Positions 6,268 through 14,400 of a stretch of DNA of 16,324 bases are shown here, piece after piece; within the stretch, counting starts at the first letter, position 1; each line of letters opens with the position of its first letter. Origin of the DNA: an uncultured archaeon (GTDB taxonomy: Archaea; Asgardarchaeota; Lokiarchaeia; Sigyniarchaeales; SOKP01). The stretch spans positions 1-16,324 of the forward strand of contig CAYLZE010000113.1 of NCBI GenBank assembly GCA_964388035.1, in the 5' to 3' direction. The notes below the pieces were generated by a model. The model saw nothing but the letters and a program-made list of their open reading frames with translations, was not told the origin of the DNA and ran no database searches. Made by a program: the position numbers and the translations under genes.

Positions 6268-7419
6268 ATGAATGAGCTCATACCTATTGAAGAATCGGTA
6301 CAAAAGAATCCAAGAGTAGAGGAATTAGAATCTCAAGGATTTATTATCAACCCAGATAAAATTGATGAGTATCTAACTACATTTGAGAAGCAAAAGACCG
6401 CGAAACCAAATGAAGAATTTTGGAAGGAAAAAAGAGTTTTAATAACGGGGATTAGTGGATTTGCGGGAAGTCATCTGGCTGAGCAATTATTAGACTTAGG
6501 ATGTGAAATTCATGGAACTATCCGTCGTCATGCGGTGCCCATGCATGAAAATATTGAACATTTAAGAGGAAAGATTATTCTTCATGAAGCAGATATTACC
6601 AGTGCAGAGCGGATCTACGAAGTATTTGAAAAAGTGGAACCACATGCGGTATTTCATCTAGCTGCGGAGTCTTTCGTTCCCACTTCTTTCAGAGAGCCTG
6701 CAAGAGTGGCACATAATAACATTATAGGTACGATAAAGGTTTTCGAGGCCGCTAGGCGGTCTAATGACGATTTAGAAAGCATTCAAGTAGCATGTAGTAG
6801 CGAACAATATGGATTAGTAGATCCTAATGAGGTTCCGGTCAGTGAAGATTTAAAAAAAAATCCTTTCCGTCCTCGAAGTGTATATGGTACGAGTAAAGTT
6901 GCTACTGAACAAATCGCGTGGTTATATCACAATTCCTATGGTGTGCCCAGTATCATTACACGTGGATTTAATCACGAGGGGCCAAGAAGGGGGATTCAAT
7001 TTGTAACAAGTGTGATCCATCGACAAATTGTAGAAATAATGAATGGAAAAAGGGATAAAATAATTATTGGGAATCCTAATGCAATTCGTGATTTCACTCA
7101 TGTTAAAGATACAGTTAATGCATATATTTTGGTTAGCGAAACTAAGAATTATGGTGAACCCTATAATGTATGTACTGGAAAAGGAATTTCAATTGCTAAT
7201 TATGTAAGATTAGCGAAAAAAATTTATAATATTTCTGCCGAAGCATATGTAGATCCAAGACGTTTGCGACCAAGTGAAGTTCCCTTGTTGATCGGAAAAA
7301 ATGAAAAGATAATTAAGGCAACTGGATGGCATCCTACAAGGTCTATTCTTGACATAATTAAAGAGGGTGTTCAATATTTTCAAGATCATCCAGAACAATT
7401 AGGGATCGAAGCTCATTAA
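6268..7419 (+). CDS. gmd: GDP-mannose 4,6-dehydratase-like extended SDR
   Basis: ITGISGFAGSHL (GxxGxxG), HLAAESFVPTSF, SSEQYG, PRSVYGTSK (YxxxK), FNHEGPRRG..FVT, RDFTHVKD, LRPSEV. Confidence 0.85.
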   Translation: MNELIPIEESVQKNPRVEELESQGFIINPDKIDEYLTTFEKQKTAKPNEEFWKEKRVLITGISGFAGSHLAEQLLDLGCEIHGTIRRHAVPMHENIEHLRGKIILHEADITSAERIYEVFEKVEPHAVFHLAAESFVPTSFREPARVAHNNIIGTIKVFEAARRSNDDLESIQVACSSEQYGLVDPNEVPVSEDLKKNPFRPRSVYGTSKVATEQIAWLYHNSYGVPSIITRGFNHEGPRRGIQFVTSVIHRQIVEIMNGKRDKIIIGNPNAIRDFTHVKDTVNAYILVSETKNYGEPYNVCTGKGISIANYVRLAKKIYNISAEAYVDPRRLRPSEVPLLIGKNEKIIKATGWHPTRSILDIIKEGVQYFQDHPEQLGIEAH

Positions 7420-7444
7420 TAAATATAAGAAAATTAGTAATATA

Positions 7445-8173
7445 TTATAGATTTAATACTCTTTTTTGAATGCTAATTACTTCCATTATTCCTTTTTCTG
7501 CTAAAGCAATTACATCATTTAATTGACTTTTAGTAAAAGTAGCTCGTTCTGCTGTTCCTTGAATTTCAATAAGATTTAAATTTTCATTCATAATTACGTT
7601 CACATCCACATCTACATTTGAATCTTCTTCATAATCCAAGTCTAAATAAATCTGATTATCCTTGATCCCTAATGAAATAGCGGCAGTGACTTTATAATCG
7701 GGGAAAGTATCTATTCTTTTTTCATTATAAAGAAAATTTATTGCATCGAAAACGGCTACAAACGCTCCAGTTATCGAAGCACATCGGGTTCCTCCATCCG
7801 CTTGAATCACATCACAATCAATTTTTATTGTATGTTCTTCTAATTTTTCATAATTAAATGCCGCTCGCATGCTACGTCCTATGAGACGCTGAATCTCCAT
7901 TGTACGTCCCTTTATTTTATTTCTTTCCCTTTCTCTTGAATTCCTATGTTGCGTTGCTCTAGGCAGCATATTATATTCTGCAGTAATCCACCCCATCCCC
8001 GTCTCTTCTAAGAATTTGGGAACATAATTTAACACGGATGCAGTCACTATGATTTTCGTGTTTCCTTGAGTGATTAACACGGATCCTTCAGGATATTTTA
8101 AATAATTTCTCTCTATAGTTGTTTTCCTAATTTCATCCACTTTTCTATCATTAAGCCTTATTTTATTGCGCAT
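7445..8173 (-). CDS. rph: Ribonuclease PH (bacterial type)
   Basis: EGSVLI..GNTK; GWITAEYNMLPRAT; GRTMEIQRLIGRSMRA; DCDVIQADGGTRCASITG; DLDYEEDS..DVDVNV; IEIQGTAE. Confidence 0.95.
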   Translation of the reverse strand: MRNKIRLNDRKVDEIRKTTIERNYLKYPEGSVLITQGNTKIIVTASVLNYVPKFLEETGMGWITAEYNMLPRATQHRNSRERERNKIKGRTMEIQRLIGRSMRAAFNYEKLEEHTIKIDCDVIQADGGTRCASITGAFVAVFDAINFLYNEKRIDTFPDYKVTAAISLGIKDNQIYLDLDYEEDSNVDVDVNVIMNENLNLIEIQGTAERATFTKSQLNDVIALAEKGIMEVISIQKRVLNL

Positions 8174-8408
8174 CTTTGTTCAAACTCAATTCTCACATAT
8201 TTTAATATTAATAAATATTTAATGATGGAAATGAATTTTAAACTTATTTAAAAAAAAATATAATCATATTAGGAACGTTAAAATCTTTATAATTTTGCGC
8301 AAAATTAGTTATTGGATTTAGAGATTGATGAGATCTTATACTTTTTAGTCTATAGGAAAGCATGAATAGATTCTTACTTAAATGCGTAAAAAGTATTTCA
8401 AGTTCCTA

Positions 8409-9491
8409 TTACTTGTAAGGATAAGATCCTAAGATTTTATAATATATTACATTATTTTCTAATGAATTTAAAACGGTTTTGACGATATAGCTTCTCTTAT
8501 CTCCTTCAAAATCCATTAAAAATATATATTCCCATCTTCCTTTTCTTCTTGGCCTTGACTCAATCTTAAGTAGGTTAATATTTGCTTCAGCAAACAATTT
8601 AATTACTCGAAATAATGATCCCGGAGTATGCTTCGTTACAAAAACTATGGACGTTTTGACTTTTTTTCCAGGATGCTCAAATTCTTTTTTTGAAATAATA
8701 AGGAATCTTGTGAAATTCGAAGCAATATCTTCAATATTCGAAGCTAATATTTTCATGTCATGTATTTGGCTAGCGATTTTTGGACCAATTGCTGCATTTG
8801 AAGGATCATTTAGTTCTTTTATTTTTTGAACTGCTTCAACAGTCGAATTAATATTGATTAAATTAGCATTAGCCAAGTTTGTCTTTAACCAGACTTTTGT
8901 TTGGGCGAAGGCTTGAGGATGAGAATAAATAGTATGGATTTTATTTAGTTCAGCATCTTTTAAAGCAATCAAGTTTTGTACGATTCTTAATTCAATTTCG
9001 CCATAGATTATAATTTCTTTTTCAATTAATAAATCAAGAGTTTCTCTCACGGTTCCTTGAAGACTATTTTCAATAGGAACAACCCCATAATCTATCACGC
9101 CTTTTTCGATGCTTTCAAAAATTTCTACTAAATTTTTATGAGAATTTAACTCTGTACTTGAAATTGGAAAGAAATCCAACGCAGCTTGATGAGAAAAAGT
9201 GCCTTCTGGGCCAAGAAATCCCACCCGATTCTTGATGTGCTGTAATTCTTTACATGCGCCCATTATTTCTTTCCAAATTGCCTCTACATTATTTTCACTG
9301 ATGACATTTCTCTGCTTTTTTAACCTTTCTAATACTTCTACTTCACGCGAGGGTTGGAATATATCTAATGTTAAGTTTTTTTTAAGTTCACCAATTTCTT
9401 TTGCGATTTTACCTCTTTCTTCAATTAAATTGAGAATATCAGTATCAAGTGCGTTGATTTTCTCTCTTAACTTTTCGATCTCTTTCATCAT
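8409..9491 (-). CDS. pheA: Bifunctional chorismate mutase/prephenate dehydratase (P-protein) with ACT domain
   Basis: N-terminal AroQ-type CM (LREKINALD...R...IG..K...RE); FLGPEGTFS; VPIENS; SHPQA; NFTRF; PGSL...INLLKIESRP; LGSY. Confidence 0.95.
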   Translation of the reverse strand: MMKEIEKLREKINALDTDILNLIEERGKIAKEIGELKKNLTLDIFQPSREVEVLERLKKQRNVISENNVEAIWKEIMGACKELQHIKNRVGFLGPEGTFSHQAALDFFPISSTELNSHKNLVEIFESIEKGVIDYGVVPIENSLQGTVRETLDLLIEKEIIIYGEIELRIVQNLIALKDAELNKIHTIYSHPQAFAQTKVWLKTNLANANLININSTVEAVQKIKELNDPSNAAIGPKIASQIHDMKILASNIEDIASNFTRFLIISKKEFEHPGKKVKTSIVFVTKHTPGSLFRVIKLFAEANINLLKIESRPRRKGRWEYIFLMDFEGDKRSYIVKTVLNSLENNVIYYKILGSYPYK

Positions 9492-9523
9492 GAATAAGAC
9501 GAGTTTGATAATTTAACTATAAA

Positions 9524-11200
9524 TTATAAAAAATGTTCGAGATTTACTTCTAAAGCAACTGCAGGAAATTCTAATTTGAAATTCATTAAGACATCCGGAT
9601 GTAATTCTCCCAGTTCTCCTATAATATGATTATTATAAAGTATTTTGCCTATTCTTCCATGAATATATGATGAGTCTTCTCCCGCAACAACTTTACAGTA
9701 TTCTTTGATTCCAAGAGAGGTCATTATAAAATCAAGAGTGGATCTTATTTCTGTATAGTCAGCATCATCATGATAAGAAACCGCCGCTAGATGTAATTTT
9801 CTTCTTGCTCCTGTTTCATCTTCGGGTGATAGCTTTGTTACATCTCCCACTTCAAATATCCTAATCGGTTTTTCTTCGGAACGGTTAAATTGTAACGTTT
9901 CCATTAATTTCGGTAAGATTTTGGTTCTAGTGGTATCATATTCCTTAGAAATGGGATTTTCTATTTGAATCAGATTTTTGGGTTCATATTCTTTTTTCAT
10001 GAATTCATAGTGCCGGCGAGAATTGGACAAAATGAAATTTAATACTTCCAAATATCCTGCTCCTATTAAAATAGTTCTAATTTTGTTAGCGAGGATTTGG
10101 ATGGGATGAAATTCTCCCACACACCCTTCCCGAATTGTAGTTGGTAAATTGAAATATCCATATCCTATTGCACAATCTTCCGTGAAATCTACGGGATGCA
10201 TGATATCTCCTCTATATGCTGGAACTAATATGTCAAGATAACCGCGTTTATTGGATTTCTTCGCGTTCATTCTAACTTTTTCGAAACACTTGATCATTTC
10301 CTTGGTCGAGAGATTAATTCCAATATAATCGTTGATATACTTTTCATTGATTTCCCATTTTTTAGGCTCGAGATTTGGAGTAACGATTGACTTTCCATCT
10401 TCATAATTAACGTTCACACCTTCTACTTCTGCTCCCATATCTGCCAGTGTAGTGGATAAGATATTAAGAGCAAGATTTATGGCGTTAAAATCGGTACCCG
10501 TCATATCTATAAATAAATTTTTAGTATCATCAGTCACGGTGGTCAATTCTCCGTTTATAATGGGAGGAAATGAAAGTACATCATCATTTTTATCAAAAAT
10601 AATCGGATATACTTCTTTTCCCTGCAATATAGGTGCGTATTCAATTCCTTTTTCATGCAATAATAGAATTTCTTCAAGATTCATTGGATATCCATCCCCA
10701 TGAAGAGGAGTAAAACTCACTGAATCAGGTTTTACCGCGGTGTATCTGAAGGGAGGTTTCACTTTATCATAATCATGAACTCCAATCGCAACTTTCTTTC
10801 TGTCTCGTCCTACAGCCCAATGTAATTGTTCTTGGATATTCATGAGCGTGGCTACTTCTTCTTCATCCAAATCAATATTTTTAATCATTCCACAAACAAT
10901 GTATGGACGGACTTTATTTACGATTTTTTCCACAGTAACAGTAACCTGGGGGGATGAAATTTCAAATTTAGGAAGGCCCAATTCTAATTCATAATATCCT
11001 TTTAATGTTCGTGCGATTCCTTCTGGACTTGAAAAATCGGGTCTATTTGGATTGTACTCGACTTTAATGGATTGTTCCTCTTCATTCATATCTTCTAGAT
11101 CAAGGCTGATCCATTGTAAATCATACTCTAAGTCCTTCATATCTAGTTTTTTCCCGACTAATCTTTCCAACCTTTGAATTTTTAAATCGATTGTTGGCAT
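9524..11200 (-). CDS. pheT: Phenylalanine--tRNA ligase beta subunit (archaeal/eukaryotic type)
   Basis: PNRPD..SPEGIAR; QEQLH...GRDRKKVAIGVHD; VLSFPPIING; PAYRGDIMHPVDFTED.AIGYGY; 558 aa. Confidence 0.97.
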   Translation of the reverse strand: MPTIDLKIQRLERLVGKKLDMKDLEYDLQWISLDLEDMNEEEQSIKVEYNPNRPDFSSPEGIARTLKGYYELELGLPKFEISSPQVTVTVEKIVNKVRPYIVCGMIKNIDLDEEEVATLMNIQEQLHWAVGRDRKKVAIGVHDYDKVKPPFRYTAVKPDSVSFTPLHGDGYPMNLEEILLLHEKGIEYAPILQGKEVYPIIFDKNDDVLSFPPIINGELTTVTDDTKNLFIDMTGTDFNAINLALNILSTTLADMGAEVEGVNVNYEDGKSIVTPNLEPKKWEINEKYINDYIGINLSTKEMIKCFEKVRMNAKKSNKRGYLDILVPAYRGDIMHPVDFTEDCAIGYGYFNLPTTIREGCVGEFHPIQILANKIRTILIGAGYLEVLNFILSNSRRHYEFMKKEYEPKNLIQIENPISKEYDTTRTKILPKLMETLQFNRSEEKPIRIFEVGDVTKLSPEDETGARRKLHLAAVSYHDDADYTEIRSTLDFIMTSLGIKEYCKVVAGEDSSYIHGRIGKILYNNHIIGELGELHPDVLMNFKLEFPAVALEVNLEHFL

Positions 11201-11219
11201 GTTTCTCCCTCTTGATAAA

Positions 11220-12755
11220 TTAATATGATTCTTTTCTCAACCAGTTAATTGGATTAATATATAAATCTCTTATGTCAGATCGTTGATAACGTAACATTGC
11301 TAATCTTTCTAAGCCTAATCCCCAAGCTAATACTCGTGTGGGATTTTTTATTCCCCAAGGATAGGTTACTTCTGGTCTAAAAATTCCAGATCCTCCCATT
11401 TCTAACCATTTACCTAATTTTTCGTAATATACGGATACCTCCAAGCTCGGTTCGGTATAGGGAAAAAAACCAGGACGAGTTATTATTTTATCAAACCCCA
11501 TTTTTCTATAAAATTCGACTAAAAGCCCTCTTAAATCACACAATGTCACGTTTTCATCAATTACAATCCCTTCAATTTGGGTAAATTCTGCTAGATGGGA
11601 TTTATCGACTTTTTCATTTCTGAATACCCTATCAATTGAAAATACTTTTATTGGAGGTTTATCATTATTGTTATAATATTGGGCTAATCTCCGGATCGTA
11701 GTAGCAGTAGTATGTGTTCTTAGAATAGTTTTTTGAGCAATTTCAGGTTTCCATTCATAACCCCATCCAATAGAACCTGAATCTCCTCCTTTCTCGTGAG
11801 TATCTTTCACCGCATTAACTCGATCAGCTTGAGGTAATTTTGCTGTTTTAGGATTTTTTAAATAAAATGTATCATGTAATTCCCTGGCAGGATGATCTTG
11901 AGGTTGAAATAAAGCATCAAAGTTATAAAACGCACTCTCAATTAGTGGACCCCTTATTTCTGTAAATCCCATGGAAAGGAAGATCTCTCTGATTTCATTT
12001 ATGATAATTATCAAGGGATGAATTTTTCCTCCTTTCAATAATGATCCTTCTACGCTCACGTCGAAAGGTTTTAATTCGTAATCCTTCCAAGTACCTGAAG
12101 TTAACATTTCTGAGGTAATCTTACTAACTTGCTGCAATGTTTGTATTTGAGATAGGTTAATCTTTTTCCCTTTTTCCGTTAAATATAGTTCGCGTTGTGT
12201 TTTATTTCTTTTCTTTAGCAATTTTCTTTTATTTAAAATATCTAAATTTGTTAATTCTTCTTTTTTTAAGGCGTCAAAATCAAGATATTTTTTTTCCTTA
12301 AAAATTTCTAAGAAGCTTTCTATCTCTGTCTGGGGGAATTGCTCTTGAATTAAGAAGATTTCATTTTTTCCAGATGCCTTGCTCTGAGTTATCCATCTAT
12401 TTTTTTTCATGTTTGAGATAGCAATATAGAATAGATCTTTTTCAAGGTTGGATTTTTTTAATAAATCCTCTAGGGGGATTTCTTTTATCTTTTCATTTAA
12501 TATGAGATTTAATAATTGTCTTTCAGGTAAACCCTTATTTAAGTAATCCATTCCTTCTTCCGTAAGAGTGACTTGATTAATCTCACGTTCCTTGAACCCC
12601 CCTAGATCATGCTCAATTAGCTCATTTATCGCTGACATTAACACGATATAATCTACATGCAGTTCTTCAGCTAACTCAGATGCGATGCAGTTATTTTTTT
12701 TTTCTTTTAAAACCTTTAAAATATCTTTAGCCTGTTTATTAAGTTTAATTTTCAT
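11220..12755 (-). CDS. pheS: Phenylalanine--tRNA ligase alpha subunit (archaeal/eukaryotic type)
   Basis: NFDALFQPQDHPARELHDTFY; LRTHTT; DRVFRNE.VD.SHLAEFTQIEG; FFPYTEPS; GSGIFRPE; WGLGLERLAM. Long N-terminal wHTH region. Confidence 0.97.
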   Translation of the reverse strand: MKIKLNKQAKDILKVLKEKKNNCIASELAEELHVDYIVLMSAINELIEHDLGGFKEREINQVTLTEEGMDYLNKGLPERQLLNLILNEKIKEIPLEDLLKKSNLEKDLFYIAISNMKKNRWITQSKASGKNEIFLIQEQFPQTEIESFLEIFKEKKYLDFDALKKEELTNLDILNKRKLLKKRNKTQRELYLTEKGKKINLSQIQTLQQVSKITSEMLTSGTWKDYELKPFDVSVEGSLLKGGKIHPLIIIINEIREIFLSMGFTEIRGPLIESAFYNFDALFQPQDHPARELHDTFYLKNPKTAKLPQADRVNAVKDTHEKGGDSGSIGWGYEWKPEIAQKTILRTHTTATTIRRLAQYYNNNDKPPIKVFSIDRVFRNEKVDKSHLAEFTQIEGIVIDENVTLCDLRGLLVEFYRKMGFDKIITRPGFFPYTEPSLEVSVYYEKLGKWLEMGGSGIFRPEVTYPWGIKNPTRVLAWGLGLERLAMLRYQRSDIRDLYINPINWLRKESY

Positions 12756-12940
12756 GGGTCAAATCGAGTGGTTATGAAAAAATCAATATATATATTTCCT
12801 AAATATTTTAAAAATTTAAACTTTTTTGTTGAAATCTTCAATAATATTAGCTCAAAATGGTCTAAATGAGATTAGATTAATTCAAAAATAGTAATACTTG
12901 GACAATTCCTTAATTTCAATCAGTTGATAAATAAACCGTA

Positions 12941-12986
12941 GCCAAGAGAATAATTAGAAATTAACTTTAGGTGTCATTCCCTTGGC
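12941..12986 (-). other. RNA hairpin (13-bp stem with two G-U pairs, 20-nt loop) upstream of pheS
   Basis: Minus strand GCCAAGGGAATGA-CACCTAAAGTTAATTTCTAA-TTATTCTCTTGGC. The stem pairs fully only on the minus strand (G-U there, A-C on plus). Followed by TACGGTTTATTTAT. Confidence 0.55.
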
Positions 12987-13036
12987 GATGTAAACAAAGT
13001 AAAGAATAATTTCTCAAAAGAAGAATTTAATTTCAT
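12974..13036 (-). CDS. Putative Phe-rich leader peptide MKLNSSFEKLFFTLFTSPRE
   Basis: ATG at 13036, TGA at 12976-12974. Four Phe codons lie within residues 7-15. The stop codon is in the 5' arm of the hairpin. TATATATAA box at 13063-13055. Confidence 0.3.
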   Translation of the reverse strand: MKLNSSFEKLFFTLFTSPRE

Positions 13037-13123
13037 TTTCAAAACTTTCACTAATTATATATAGTCACTATCATGTATTATGAAATATCGGTAAATTATT
13101 AAATAAAAGATACCTAAAAAATT

Positions 13124-13564
13124 TTATTTACTCAAATTTTCCCTAATTAGAGTGGAACTAATTATTTGATCATCTTTTTTAATGATAGGGATGACAACTA
13201 AAATTAATGGCTTGAATCCCTTTTGTTCTCTAATTTCATTTATTTTAAGAGCGTTCGGATACGTTTCTTGGCTAGCAATTAATCCTTCAAAATTTTCTTG
13301 ATGAATAGGAGGACCATAGGGATCATCCAATGGTACTATTTCTACTCGGCTTAAATCAGTTAGAGTTTTTAAATATTCTAATAAGTTCCTTTCTCGCGTT
13401 TGATAATCTTCAATTAGTTCAAAATGTTTTTTATTTTTTAACAGCTTTTCTGTTGTCAGCCCTATAACTATTTTTTCTGAAACATTTAGAGCTGTTCTTA
13501 ATAAAAGCTGGTGCCCTTCATGTAAATGATCGAATGTGCCTCCAAGACCAACTAATGAAAGCAT
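13124..13564 (-). CDS. coaD: Phosphopantetheine adenylyltransferase (archaeal/eukaryotic type)
   Basis: LGGTFDHLHEGH (HxGH), IGLT, LDDPYGP, SQET, INEIR...G.KPL, ISSTLIR. Confidence 0.9.
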   Translation of the reverse strand: MLSLVGLGGTFDHLHEGHQLLLRTALNVSEKIVIGLTTEKLLKNKKHFELIEDYQTRERNLLEYLKTLTDLSRVEIVPLDDPYGPPIHQENFEGLIASQETYPNALKINEIREQKGFKPLILVVIPIIKKDDQIISSTLIRENLSK

Positions 13565-13707
13565 GATTTCAAGTTTTCTTTATGTAGGCAAATAAATGAA
13601 CGATGAATTAAAAATTTTTTTCAATTCCTTATTGTAAAATTAAGATAAACCAAAACTTATAATTTTAATTTCACTCGGGAAAAATAATGAAGAGATTAAA
13701 ATAAGGT

Positions 13708-14151
13708 TTAATTACTTTTTGTAACTTCTTTTTCTTCTTTTTTTGATTCCTTTTTCTCTTCAATCTTTACATTCTTTTTAAGTTTAACCGAATAAATTTG
13801 CTTGATTTGCATCGGTTCATTGCATTTTTCGCATTGATCTTGAGTTTTTTTAAATACAAAATCGCCTACTTGATAATTTCTCACTTTCGTTATTCCGCAT
13901 ATATTACAGAATAAAATGGTTAATGTTTGTCTCAATGGTTCTTGAGCGCGATGCGGAATTTGTAAAATGGTGGTTCCAACACAAATTAAAGTAAAACCTA
14001 TCATGAAATTAGTTGTCTGGTCAGGAAATAATCCAAAATATACAAATAGTGCCCCCAATACAATTAAAGCAACAATTAAAATGTTCTTAATGACACTTTT
14101 TAGTGAAACGCCTTTTTTTAAAATCTCTTCTTCATCTTCTTCATCAATCAT
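13708..14151 (-). CDS. Membrane protein (2 TM) with C-terminal Zn-ribbon, function unknown
   Basis: Two hydrophobic segments (ILIVALIVLGALFVYFGLF; FMIGFTLICVGTTIL), then CNICG..KVRNYQVGDFVFK....CEKC...M.IKQIY and a Lys/Glu-rich tail. Confidence 0.75.
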   Translation of the reverse strand: MIDEEDEEEILKKGVSLKSVIKNILIVALIVLGALFVYFGLFPDQTTNFMIGFTLICVGTTILQIPHRAQEPLRQTLTILFCNICGITKVRNYQVGDFVFKKTQDQCEKCNEPMQIKQIYSVKLKKNVKIEEKKESKKEEKEVTKSN

Positions 14152-14349
14152 GAAACATCACAAAAAGGGAATGAAATGTAATAACTTGTTACTTATTTAA
14201 TAATTTAAAAAATTAAAAATTTTCTTATTATAAAAAAATGCTTTCAATTTTTCGACGAATTTTGAAATTTCGTTTATTAAATCCTTTAGGTCCACTTTAA
14301 CTTTTTTAAATTTAAGTTATAATTATTTTTGGGTAATATTTGCCTTGCT

Positions 14350-14392
14350 ATTAAAAAATCAAATAAAAAATAAAGGAAAGGATATAAAAAGT
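14350..14392 (-). terminator. Possible oligo-T archaeal terminator after the acyl-CoA ligase gene
   Basis: Minus strand just after the stop: CTTTTTATATCCTTTCCTTTATTTTTTATTTGATTTTTTAA. Confidence 0.3.
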
Positions 14393-14400
14393 ACTAATTT

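Noticed and set aside
12941-12986. Hairpin as a eukaryote-like SECIS element (contains AUGA and a loop AAA)
   Set aside because: No matching GA on the 3' side for the non-canonical quartet, and the upstream coaD has no in-frame TGA.
3270-14200. Short antisense ORFs in the track (3270-3491, 5027-5218, 7210-7398, 8647-8829, 9199-9516, 10452-10703, 13967-14200)
   Set aside because: All lie wholly or almost wholly opposite well-supported genes, have no recognisable motifs, and mostly show the Ser/Phe/Ile-rich composition of shadow frames.
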